32,000 nt of DNA from Erysipelotrichaceae bacterium MTC7 (GTDB lineage: Bacteria > Bacillota_I > Bacilli_A > Erysipelotrichales > Erysipelotrichaceae): assembly GCA_001695645.1 (NCBI GenBank), contig LVZN01000001.1, forward strand, positions 180,001 to 212,000. Direction: 5' to 3'. Positions 23,362-31,194 of the stretch are shown here, one piece after another. The translations under genes and the position numbers were made by a program. Numbering within the stretch: position 1 is the stretch's first letter; every line of letters begins with the position of its first letter. Below the pieces are notes generated by a model. That model had not been told where the DNA came from, did not search any database, and saw only the letters and a list, made by a program, of their open reading frames with translations.

Positions 23362-26142
23362 CTACTCATATTTCATTCCAAGTGATTCAATGTCTTGGAC
23401 AAAGTCTTTTTTCTTTTTGCTTTTCTCAAGTAATCCACCTTTCATATCTTGGATAACTTTTGTTCCATCGATATATCCTACGAACTCTTGTTCCGCCACA
23501 TAGGCGGCAACTTTATTGTAATCAAGGTCATACTTGTTTGATAACTTTTTCATTTCATAGAGTTTTTGTTCAGATTCAAACTCTTCTAGTTTAAATGAAA
23601 TATCATCATCTTCATTTAAAGTTGGGACCACTTTTTCTAAGAACATTTCGATTAACTCACGCTTGCTTCTTAGCTTTTCATCAGTTGCAGTTTTTAGAAT
23701 TTCCAAGATATTTTTAATATCTTTAATCTGTTTTGTACGATCTGTTAGCTCAATGTTTTGAATTAATTCAAGTATATATCCAACATCAATTTTATCAGTT
23801 CGAATCAATTCCAATTCAAAATCAATTTCCTGAAGCACAGATACTTTATCTTTTTCTATCTTTCTTGTTAGTTCATAATAACGGCCTTTATAATCTTCAA
23901 ATTCTTGTTCATTCATTGGAACATCTTTCCAGTCAAACTCATTAAACGTTTTTAAGGATATTGCTGTTCTAGCAAGTAACTTAAAGAGACGAATAAACTT
24001 TGCTTTTTGATCATCCGTTTCTAATGCATCAATTGAATCTAATGTTGGTACAATTTTCTTAAACGCAATGTACGCATTTTTGAATTCTTCTACATAATAT
24101 GCATATTCTTTCATAAGAACATTGTTAACATCTTCTGTTTGTGAGAACAGTTTTATTGCATCATCAGTGTTTTTCTTAAGATTTTGAAAGCATACGATAT
24201 TCCCATATTGTTTTGTTGCATCATAAATCCGATTAGTCCGTGAATATGCTTGGATTAACGTGTGATAACGAAGGTTTCTGTCCACATATAATGTGTTTAA
24301 CCGTCTTGCATCAAATCCTGTTAGAAACATATCGACAACTAACAAAATATCTATTTCTGTATTTTTTACACGTTTAGACAAATCGATAAAGTATTGAAGA
24401 TAGGTGTCCGTTGAGTAGTTTGTTCCAAACATGACATTATAGTCATCAATAATGTTTTGCAACATATCTCGTTGATGTATCTTTTCACCTGTTTCATTTT
24501 TATAATCTTCCTGAAGTTGACTATTGGCAGCATAAGAGAAAATTGCTCCAATCTTTAGTGGTTTATCAAGCTCTTTATTTTTTTCTTGAAATTGGTTGTA
24601 GTATTGATATAAAAGTGGAACTCCACCTTCACTCGTATTCACTGTAAACATGGCATTAAATGTTCGATTGACCGTTTTCATATCATGATGCTTTACGATT
24701 TCTTCAACAATATTACGCGTTCTTTCCTCTGAGGTTAAGATTTCATAAGTATTTATTCCTTCAACTTTTTCTTCGATTGCTCCTTCTTCACGCCAATCGA
24801 CAGATTTATAATACTCTACCTTAAACCCTAGTACATTTCCATCATGTATCGCATCTTTTATCAAATAACTATGTAAGTTTTCACCGAATATATCCGCAGT
24901 AGAACGTCCGTCAATACTCTTATTCACAGAGAATCGTGGTGTCCCTGTAAACCCGAAATATTGCGCATTATCAAAATACATGTCGATTTCTTTGTGCATG
25001 TCTCCAAACTGTGAACGATGACACTCATCAATGATAAATACAACACGTTTGTCTTTATATTGTCCCAATTTCTGTGGATATTTTTTTACTGCATTCGATA
25101 ACTTTTGAATCGTTGTAACGATAAGTTTTTTATTATTATCATTTATTTGTTTTACAAGTTGATTTGTTGAGTTGGTCGTATCGATGCTATCTGGACAAAA
25201 CTTATTAAATTCTTCAATGGTCTGTGAATCTAAGTCTCTTCGATCAACCAAGAAAAATATTTGGTCAACTTTCTCATTATCTTGTAAGATTTGACTAGCT
25301 TTAAATGAAGTTAGTGTTTTACCAGATCCTGTTGTGTGCCATATATATCCGTTTCTATTTGAATTCTCAACTCTGTGGATAATTGCTTCAACTGCATATA
25401 CTTGGTATGGCCTTAGTACCATTAAGTTTTTTTCCGACTCATAAATAACCGTATATCTTGCAATCATTTTTGCAATATGACACTTTTCTAAAAAAAACGT
25501 CGTAAACTCTTTCAGGTTGTTATAGCGATTGTTTTTATCGTCTGTCCAATAAAACGTGTACTTTGAAGATAGCTCTTTTCCACTATTCCCCAGGTATTTT
25601 GTATCTGTCCCATTGCTAATTACAAAAATTTGAATGAAACGAAATAACTTTGTATATTTGTATGAATGTAGTTGGTATCTTGTGATTTGATGAAATGCCT
25701 CATCTGTGTTTCCACCCCTACGTTTTAGTTCAATCTGAACCAATGGCAGCCCATTGATTAAAATTGTAACATCATAGCGATTTTCGTACTTTCCTTGTAT
25801 GGTAATTTGATTAGCTACTTGAAAGATATTTTTACACCAATCGCGTTTGTTGAATAATTCAAGGTATAAAACAGTTCCATCATCACGTGTAATATTTTGC
25901 AAATTCCTTAGAATTTTTGCTGAATCATAAACACCCTTATTTGAAATCAATTGCATTAATCTATCGAATTCACTGTCAGATAAATCACGATTTTTTAATC
26001 GATCTTTATTATGTTTGTTAAGTTGGGTTCTAAAATTATGAATCAAAGACACTTCGTCTTTGACATTAACTCTTTCATATCCCATATTTACTAAGCGTTC
26101 AACTAACTGTTCTTCTAATTGTGCCTCACTTTGATAACCCAT
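23362..26142 (-). CDS. hsdR: Type I restriction enzyme, R (helicase/endonuclease) subunit
   Basis: Contains the Walker A/motif I sequence HTTGSGKT and the DEAD-box variant FIIDECHRSQ. The N-terminal MGYQSEAQLEEQLV... is typical of HsdR. The 926-aa gene lies directly upstream of hsdM (12-nt gap). Confidence 0.92.
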   Translation of the reverse strand: MGYQSEAQLEEQLVERLVNMGYERVNVKDEVSLIHNFRTQLNKHNKDRLKNRDLSDSEFDRLMQLISNKGVYDSAKILRNLQNITRDDGTVLYLELFNKRDWCKNIFQVANQITIQGKYENRYDVTILINGLPLVQIELKRRGGNTDEAFHQITRYQLHSYKYTKLFRFIQIFVISNGTDTKYLGNSGKELSSKYTFYWTDDKNNRYNNLKEFTTFFLEKCHIAKMIARYTVIYESEKNLMVLRPYQVYAVEAIIHRVENSNRNGYIWHTTGSGKTLTSFKASQILQDNEKVDQIFFLVDRRDLDSQTIEEFNKFCPDSIDTTNSTNQLVKQINDNNKKLIVTTIQKLSNAVKKYPQKLGQYKDKRVVFIIDECHRSQFGDMHKEIDMYFDNAQYFGFTGTPRFSVNKSIDGRSTADIFGENLHSYLIKDAIHDGNVLGFKVEYYKSVDWREEGAIEEKVEGINTYEILTSEERTRNIVEEIVKHHDMKTVNRTFNAMFTVNTSEGGVPLLYQYYNQFQEKNKELDKPLKIGAIFSYAANSQLQEDYKNETGEKIHQRDMLQNIIDDYNVMFGTNYSTDTYLQYFIDLSKRVKNTEIDILLVVDMFLTGFDARRLNTLYVDRNLRYHTLIQAYSRTNRIYDATKQYGNIVCFQNLKKNTDDAIKLFSQTEDVNNVLMKEYAYYVEEFKNAYIAFKKIVPTLDSIDALETDDQKAKFIRLFKLLARTAISLKTFNEFDWKDVPMNEQEFEDYKGRYYELTRKIEKDKVSVLQEIDFELELIRTDKIDVGYILELIQNIELTDRTKQIKDIKNILEILKTATDEKLRSKRELIEMFLEKVVPTLNEDDDISFKLEEFESEQKLYEMKKLSNKYDLDYNKVAAYVAEQEFVGYIDGTKVIQDMKGGLLEKSKKKKDFVQDIESLGMKYE

Positions 26143-26152
26143 ATTTCCCCCT

Positions 26153-26171
26153 GTTCAATGATTCATTGAAC
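26153..26171. promoter_or_regulatory. 19-bp perfect palindrome in the hsdR 5' leader
   Basis: GTTCAATGA t TCATTGAAC ends 10 nt upstream of the hsdR ATG (26142), immediately 5' of the GGGGGA RBS. Confidence 0.5.
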
Positions 26172-26349
26172 CTATCATCACGTATTCCATACCCAAACTC
26201 ACTTTCGATTATAGATAATTTAAAAGTAAGCTTTACTTTTTATTTTACATTGTAATAATTATAACATCTTTACTCGTGAACGGAATATATAAAAATAGTC
26301 TAAGGAACTAACTTGAAAACGCTTACTTCATTTTTCTTCTATATTCATA

Positions 26350-26378
26350 TTGAAATCACTTAAAAAACTATATATAAT
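26350..26378 (+). promoter_or_regulatory. sigma-A promoter of the ECF-S-like gene
   Basis: TTGAAA (26350-26355), 17 nt spacer, TATAAT (26373-26378), 40 nt before the ATG at 26419. AAAGGAGA serves as the RBS. Confidence 0.6.
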
Positions 26379-26418
26379 GTGTCAAGACACTTAAATATAC
26401 AAAAGGAGAATATGTATT

Positions 26419-26967
26419 ATGAATTCATCATCAAAAGCAATTCAAAAGATGGTCATCTCTGCAATGTTGATTGCAGTTGGAATTATCATTCCAATGTTTT
26501 CACCAATTAAAGTAGTGATTGAACCAGCTTCATTCACTTTGGCAAGTCACGTTGCTATCATGATTGGAATGTTTATTTCACCAGGAGTAACTGTAGCAGT
26601 TGCCATTGGAACAACTATTGGTTTCTTATTAGGGGGATTTCCAATTACAGTTGTGGCAAGAGCAGGATCGCACATTGTGTTTGCCTTAATTGGTGCATTG
26701 TACTTTGCAAAAAAACCAGAAGTACTTAATAACCCAACAAAATGTGTGCTAGCATTCTTTGTGCTATCCTTAATTCACGCAGTATGTGAAGTATTGGTTG
26801 TTCTTCCAATCTACTTAAATGGAGCACCTGTTGATAACTTCTTCTATCTAGTATTTGGACTCGTTGGTGTTGGAACAGTTATTCACTCAATGATTGATTT
26901 TATCATCGCCAGAGCAGTCTACCAATTAATACCACAAGCAAAAGCTGTTCGAACAAAATTAGCATAA
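26419..26967 (+). CDS. ECF-transporter S-component-like integral membrane protein (vitamin-type; NiaX-like is a guess)
   Basis: This 182-aa protein has about 6 hydrophobic segments, with PASFTLASHV and GSHIVFAL stretches reminiscent of solitary ECF substrate-capture proteins. No EcfA/T genes lie nearby. Confidence 0.5.
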   Translation: MNSSSKAIQKMVISAMLIAVGIIIPMFSPIKVVIEPASFTLASHVAIMIGMFISPGVTVAVAIGTTIGFLLGGFPITVVARAGSHIVFALIGALYFAKKPEVLNNPTKCVLAFFVLSLIHAVCEVLVVLPIYLNGAPVDNFFYLVFGLVGVGTVIHSMIDFIIARAVYQLIPQAKAVRTKLA

Positions 26968-26971
26968 ACTG

Positions 26972-26997
26972 AAGTCACAATTTCGTGACTTTTTTTA
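26972..26997 (+). terminator. intrinsic terminator
   Basis: AAGTCAC aatttc GTGACTT, followed by TTTTTT. Confidence 0.75.
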
Positions 26998-27035
26998 TTC
27001 AACATCTCACCAATGAAATCATGTATAATATCATT

Positions 27036-27857
27036 ATGAAAATAATGATTCAAACAATACTCAAAGCACAAAGGATACAAATCTTCCTATTTGTTGTCTT
27101 ACTATCATTTTTTACCATTTATGATCAACAAATCGTAACTTTCTTGTACCATCCAGATAGTTTATATGGAGCATTTTTTGAAAAGTTCACCTATCTGCCA
27201 GGATGTTATTTATTATTATTAAGTACAACAATCTTATACGTCCATTACTTTAAGAAACAAACCAATTGGAAACTTCAATATCTAACCATGTTTCTATGTG
27301 CCATCGCTTTTTTCATCACAAGTTATTATTTCTATGAAGCTCTTGCTGGTTTCGGAATGATTCTTCATGTTTTGATTTCCATAATCATCATTTACGCTTG
27401 CATTAGATGGGACCAACTTGATTCTTATGTTAAAACTGCATGGATTGTTTTATTTACAATTGTTGCTGCTTTACTTACTGTGGAACTACTCAAAGTAATT
27501 TGGGGTCGTGTTCGTCCTTACGCACATATCGAAAATCCAAGTTATTACACAAACTGGTTTCACATCAATACGAATCGCTTTAAAACCTATTTTGATTTAA
27601 GCGATACAACCAAGTCGTTTCCTTCTGGCCATAGCAATTGGGCTACCTTAACACTATGTTATTCCTTCTATTTTAAGAAGCATAAAAAGCAAGCACTTGC
27701 CATAGCTGTTATATTCATTTTACTTGTCACAACTTCGCGCGTGATTTATGGCATGCATCATCCTAGCGATGTGCTATTTGGAAGCGCTATTGCTTATACC
27801 TATTACACAATCGCTAAATACTCAATACATGAAAAGAACCGAACCATCAAGGACTGA
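27036..27857 (+). CDS. PAP2-family (acid/lipid phosphate) phosphatase, membrane-bound
   Basis: The three PAP2 motifs are present: KVIWGRVRPY, PSGHS and SRVIYGMHHPSDV. The start is uncertain (ATG at 27021, 27036 or 27045, none with an RBS). The GTG at 26985 in the ORF track lies inside the upstream terminator. Confidence 0.8.
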   Translation: MKIMIQTILKAQRIQIFLFVVLLSFFTIYDQQIVTFLYHPDSLYGAFFEKFTYLPGCYLLLLSTTILYVHYFKKQTNWKLQYLTMFLCAIAFFITSYYFYEALAGFGMILHVLISIIIIYACIRWDQLDSYVKTAWIVLFTIVAALLTVELLKVIWGRVRPYAHIENPSYYTNWFHINTNRFKTYFDLSDTTKSFPSGHSNWATLTLCYSFYFKKHKKQALAIAVIFILLVTTSRVIYGMHHPSDVLFGSAIAYTYYTIAKYSIHEKNRTIKD

Positions 27858-27874
27858 TTGTTCGGTTCTTTTTT
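27835..27874. terminator. bidirectional terminator between the convergent PAP2 and lipoprotein genes
   Basis: AGAACCGAAC (27835-27844) / GTTCGGTTCT (27860-27869) with a 15-nt loop. An A-run lies upstream and TTTTT downstream. Confidence 0.7.
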
Positions 27875-28262
27875 AATATAATTTATCTTTCAATTCCACT
27901 CTTTGTGTCATGCATTCATCTTCTTTGGTACACAGTTCAATATCATAGTACATGACATTTTCTTTTGTTCCCCCATCAAATGAAACTTCAGCAAAGACAG
28001 TTCCTTTTTCCACATTAATCGTATATTCTGGACGAAACTCTAATTTGTTTTCATCCATTCCTGAGAAAAAGTGAACTTCATCTTCTACAATTTTCAGACA
28101 AACGTATCCTTCTCCAGATCCTGCACAATTGCTGTAATCGCTTGGGAAGATGACTCCTTGATCATCTGTTGTTTCATTTGACTCCTCTTGGTTTGTATTT
28201 GAATTACATGCCACAAGCATGCAAACCATTACAAACAGAATCAATTTTAATTTTGTTTTCAT
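27873..28262 (-). CDS. small lipoprotein, function unknown
   Basis: Signal peptide MKTKLKLILFVMVCMLVAC with a lipobox. The mature part has four Cys residues and no recognisable motif. Confidence 0.7.
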   Translation of the reverse strand: MKTKLKLILFVMVCMLVACNSNTNQEESNETTDDQGVIFPSDYSNCAGSGEGYVCLKIVEDEVHFFSGMDENKLEFRPEYTINVEKGTVFAEVSFDGGTKENVMYYDIELCTKEDECMTQRVELKDKLY

Positions 28263-28300
28263 ATGTCCCCTAATTAAACTATAAACACTTTTCTACAACC

Positions 28301-28309
28301 ATTATAGCA
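28301..28309 (-). promoter_or_regulatory. extended -10 element (TGcTATAAT) upstream of the lipoprotein gene
   Basis: The minus strand reads TTTGCTATAATGG. No properly spaced -35 is present (TTGACT lies only 10 nt away). Confidence 0.4.
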
Positions 28310-28325
28310 AATAATAAGTCAAAAT

Positions 28326-28347
28326 AAAAAAAAGCACCCTTAGGTGC
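28326..28347 (-). terminator. terminator-like hairpin with no assigned upstream gene
   Basis: On the minus strand: GCACC taag GGTGC, followed by T8. The stem is only 5 bp. Confidence 0.4.
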
Positions 28348-28454
28348 ATAAAACCGTACAGTGCAGGCACAGTTTTTACTCATATGTATGTGTGTCAATA
28401 AGGAGTTACCCTTACATGGATAGTTATACCATTGCTGGACACCTATAATTTAGA

Positions 28455-28486
28455 AATGTCATGAATTGCCGATTTAATGTCATGAA
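28455..28486. repeat. two 11-bp direct repeats, AATGTCATGAA, spaced 21 bp
   Basis: Perfect copies at 28455-28465 and 28476-28486. Each contains the palindromic core TCATGA. Confidence 0.8.
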
Positions 28487-28495
28487 CGAAATTAT

Positions 28496-28525
28496 ATAAT
28501 AAAAACCTCATTTTACACGAGGTTT
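28496..28525 (-). terminator. intrinsic terminator of the 126-aa gene
   Basis: On the minus strand: AAACCTC gtgtaaaat GAGGTTT, followed by TTATTAT. It lies 19 nt after the stop at 28544. Confidence 0.55.
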
Positions 28526-28543
28526 ATCTATAATATATTCAAA

Positions 28544-28924
28544 TTATGAAAACTTAAAATACAGTACGGAATGATCGTTTGCAAGCACCTGTGCTGCTGT
28601 ATCCATTGCATGATTGGATATGACGCAAACACTATTGGTGCGTAAGTACGCCTGTCCTTCAAGTGCATGCATAACTTGTTCATAGGTGACCGGATATGCT
28701 TGATAATATACAGAAACAGCAACAGTTTCATCATATTCTTCGTGCGTTGCCATGACGGTTACACCAAACGGATTGGACCCAAGAAGTTCTGTTTTTCCAC
28801 CCCAAATATATTCGATGTAATGACGCACAAAACTAACATATTCATCAAAGTTATGAATGTTTTCTAAATCTTTTAGTTGACCTAAAAATTGTTCCCCTGG
28901 ATTTGTATACTGATAATCACTCAT
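28544..28924 (-). CDS. hypothetical 126-aa protein; possible degenerate restriction-endonuclease-like (Mrr_cat-type) fold
   Basis: The start is set at ATG 28924 (MSDYQY...) behind GAAAGGTAAGG; the GTG at 28954 in the ORF track is less likely. The spacing of hydrophobic and G residues (F.EYV....G...G..V.A....ETVAVSV.Y...PVT...V..L.G......NSV.VIS...M...A...A....V) resembles Mrr_cat, but the D and QxK catalytic positions are not conserved. Confidence 0.55.
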   Translation of the reverse strand: MSDYQYTNPGEQFLGQLKDLENIHNFDEYVSFVRHYIEYIWGGKTELLGSNPFGVTVMATHEEYDETVAVSVYYQAYPVTYEQVMHALEGQAYLRTNSVCVISNHAMDTAAQVLANDHSVLYFKFS

Positions 28925-29176
28925 CCTAACCTTACCTTTCTTTGATTCACACACACTACAAATCTTTTCGTTACTAAAATAGTATCACTTTTCATACATG
29001 AATACTATAGGATTTCATACAATGCATACCGCTTTCACGGATTTATATGGCCTATAATCTTTCATTTTATAAGTATTCTGATGTTCCTACCGAATTGGAT
29101 GAAAAGATGTCCACAACTGTGCACTAGTGATGTATAATAACAATATTGAAATTAAGGAGAATTCGAGGTAAAAATC

Positions 29177-30331
29177 ATGGACGTTTATGAAAAATCATTA
29201 GCTTTACATAAAAAGCATCAAGGAAAACTAGCAGTAACTTCAAAAGTTCCTGTTAACAATATGGAGGATTTATCGCTGGCTTACACTCCAGGAGTTGCCC
29301 AACCCTGTCGTGAAATTGTAAAAGACGCAGATGCAATGTATACCTACACAAACAAAGGTAATTTCGTAGCAGTTGTAACAGATGGTAGTGCCGTACTTGG
29401 ACTTGGAAATATTGGCCCAAAAGCAGCCATGCCAGTTATGGAAGGAAAAGCCATTCTGTTTAAAGAATTCGCAAACATTGATGCCTTCCCTATTTGTTTA
29501 GATACACAGGATACCGAAGAGATTATTCGCACAGTAAAATTACTTGCCCCAACCTTTGGTGGAATCAACTTAGAAGACATTAGTGCCCCAAGATGTTTTG
29601 AAATCGAACGTAGATTAATTGAAGAGTGTGACATTCCTGTGTTCCACGATGACCAACATGGAACAGCGATCGTTGTTAGCGCTGGAATCATCAATGCACT
29701 AAAACTTGTTAACAAACCAATCGATCAAGCAAGCATCGTGATCAACGGTGCAGGTAGTGCCGGAATTAGTATTTGCAAGTTACTATTGCAGATTGGTGCT
29801 AAAGATGTAACTTTAGTGGATTTAAAAGGTGCCTTATGTCCAGGTGAAACTTGGATGAATGATGCACAAGCAGCCATGGCTGAAATCACCAACCCAAACA
29901 AACAAACTGGAGACTTAGCTACCATTATGGAAAACAAGGATGTGTTTATTGGCGTTAGTGCACCAAACATCGTTAGTGCTCAAATGGTTCGTACGATGAG
30001 TGATGATGCCATTGTCTTTGCCATGGCAAACCCAGTACCTGAAATTATGCCAGATGAGGCAAAAAAAGGTGGTGCCCGCGTGGTTGCAACTGGACGTAGT
30101 GATTTTGCAAACCAAATCAATAACGTTTTAGTATTCCCAGGAATATTCAGAGGAACACTTGATGCTAGAGCAGGTGCCATTACTGAAGAAATGAAAGTTG
30201 CTGCTGCTAAAGCTATCGCTTCTGTCGTAAAAGACGATGAACTAACAGAAGACTACATCATTCCAAACTCATTCAACAAAGATGTGGTAAATGTTGTTGC
30301 TAACGCCGTTAAAGCAGAAGCCAACAAATAG
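29177..30331 (+). CDS. NAD(P)-dependent malic enzyme (short, YtsJ/MaeB-type without PTA domain)
   Basis: Contains LAYTPGVA, VVTDGSAVLGLGNIGP and the Rossmann motif INGAGSAGI. The 384-aa length fits. GAGG lies 8 nt upstream. Confidence 0.9.
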   Translation: MDVYEKSLALHKKHQGKLAVTSKVPVNNMEDLSLAYTPGVAQPCREIVKDADAMYTYTNKGNFVAVVTDGSAVLGLGNIGPKAAMPVMEGKAILFKEFANIDAFPICLDTQDTEEIIRTVKLLAPTFGGINLEDISAPRCFEIERRLIEECDIPVFHDDQHGTAIVVSAGIINALKLVNKPIDQASIVINGAGSAGISICKLLLQIGAKDVTLVDLKGALCPGETWMNDAQAAMAEITNPNKQTGDLATIMENKDVFIGVSAPNIVSAQMVRTMSDDAIVFAMANPVPEIMPDEAKKGGARVVATGRSDFANQINNVLVFPGIFRGTLDARAGAITEEMKVAAAKAIASVVKDDELTEDYIIPNSFNKDVVNVVANAVKAEANK

Positions 30332-30345
30332 GCTGGAGAATCGCA

Positions 30346-31194
30346 ATGAAAGAAATAAGCGTAACCCGAATTCGTGATGCAGTCACGAAAATGGTGCAGG
30401 ACATAAATGTAAATTATCCTAAAGATATTTATCAGTTACTAAAAGCAGCAAGCGAAAATGAAAGCTCGCAATTGGGAAAAGATACCTTACAAATTCTACT
30501 TGATAACGCAGATATCGCTGCTAATGAGCATATCCCCGTTTGCCAAGATACGGGAATGGCAATCGTCTACGTCAAAGTTGGACAAGATGTCCACTTAATC
30601 GATGGCGATGTCACACAAGCTGTCAATGATGGTGTTGCTGCTGGATATGAAGCAGGTTATTTACGTAAGTCTGTGGTGGACGACCCTTTATATGACCGTA
30701 TAAACACAAAAAACAACACGCCAGCCATTGTATACACAGAGATTATTCCTGGTGATGATGTGATTGTTGAAGTCAAAGCCAAAGGTTTTGGTTCAGAAAA
30801 CAAAAGCACACTAACCATGCTAACGCCAGCTGATGGAGAAGCAGGTGTTATTCAAACCGTACTCGATACGATTAGAAATGCAGGACCTAACGCATGTCCA
30901 CCAATGGTCGTTGGTGTTGGTATTGGCGGAAGTTTTGACTATGCTGCAGTTCTAGCTAAAAAAGCTTTATTCCGTGACGCAACGATACCAAACAGCAATC
31001 CAAAATATGCTGCACTGGAAAAGAAGTTATTAAAACTAGCGAATGAAACAGGAATTGGCCCTCAAGGGTTTGGCGGAGATACAACTGCACTTGCAATCAA
31101 TGTTGAATATTTCCCGACGCATATCGCTGGCTTGCCAGTTGCAGTTAATATTTCTTGTCACATCACAAGACACGCAAAGGAGATTCTATCATGA
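30346..31194 (+). CDS. class I (Fe-S) fumarate hydratase / tartrate dehydratase family, alpha subunit
   Basis: Contains the PVCQDTGM Fe-S ligand motif. The 282-aa protein covers the N-terminal hydro-lyase domain. Confidence 0.88.
   Translation: MKEISVTRIRDAVTKMVQDINVNYPKDIYQLLKAASENESSQLGKDTLQILLDNADIAANEHIPVCQDTGMAIVYVKVGQDVHLIDGDVTQAVNDGVAAGYEAGYLRKSVVDDPLYDRINTKNNTPAIVYTEIIPGDDVIVEVKAKGFGSENKSTLTMLTPADGEAGVIQTVLDTIRNAGPNACPPMVVGVGIGGSFDYAAVLAKKALFRDATIPNSNPKYAALEKKLLKLANETGIGPQGFGGDTTALAINVEYFPTHIAGLPVAVNISCHITRHAKEILS

Noticed and set aside
28416-28448. A ten-codon mini-ORF (MDSYTIAGHL) behind AAGGAG in the unassigned spacer.
   Set aside because: The RBS spacing is long (10 nt), there is no promoter and no downstream gene on that strand. 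It cannot be distinguished from chance.
29033-29046. A cre-like (CcpA) site, GCATACCGCTTTCA, upstream of the malic enzyme gene.
   Set aside because: Both conserved positions at one end (TG) are mismatched. A partial match like this is expected by chance, so it was not annotated.
29344-29715. A 123-aa minus-strand ORF, plus 29725-29970, 29915-30115 and 29980-30180.
   Set aside because: These are antisense or alternative frames inside the well-supported malic enzyme gene, and their products are low-complexity. The same reasoning removes the other short antisense ORFs in the track. Examples are 430-690, 1484-1765, 1890-2189, 7675-7977, 10626-10817, 11316-11651, 12014-12571, 13933-14387, 14650-14856, 15637-15900, 17914-18132, 20110-20343, 22943-23503, 23733-23945 and 28667-28867.
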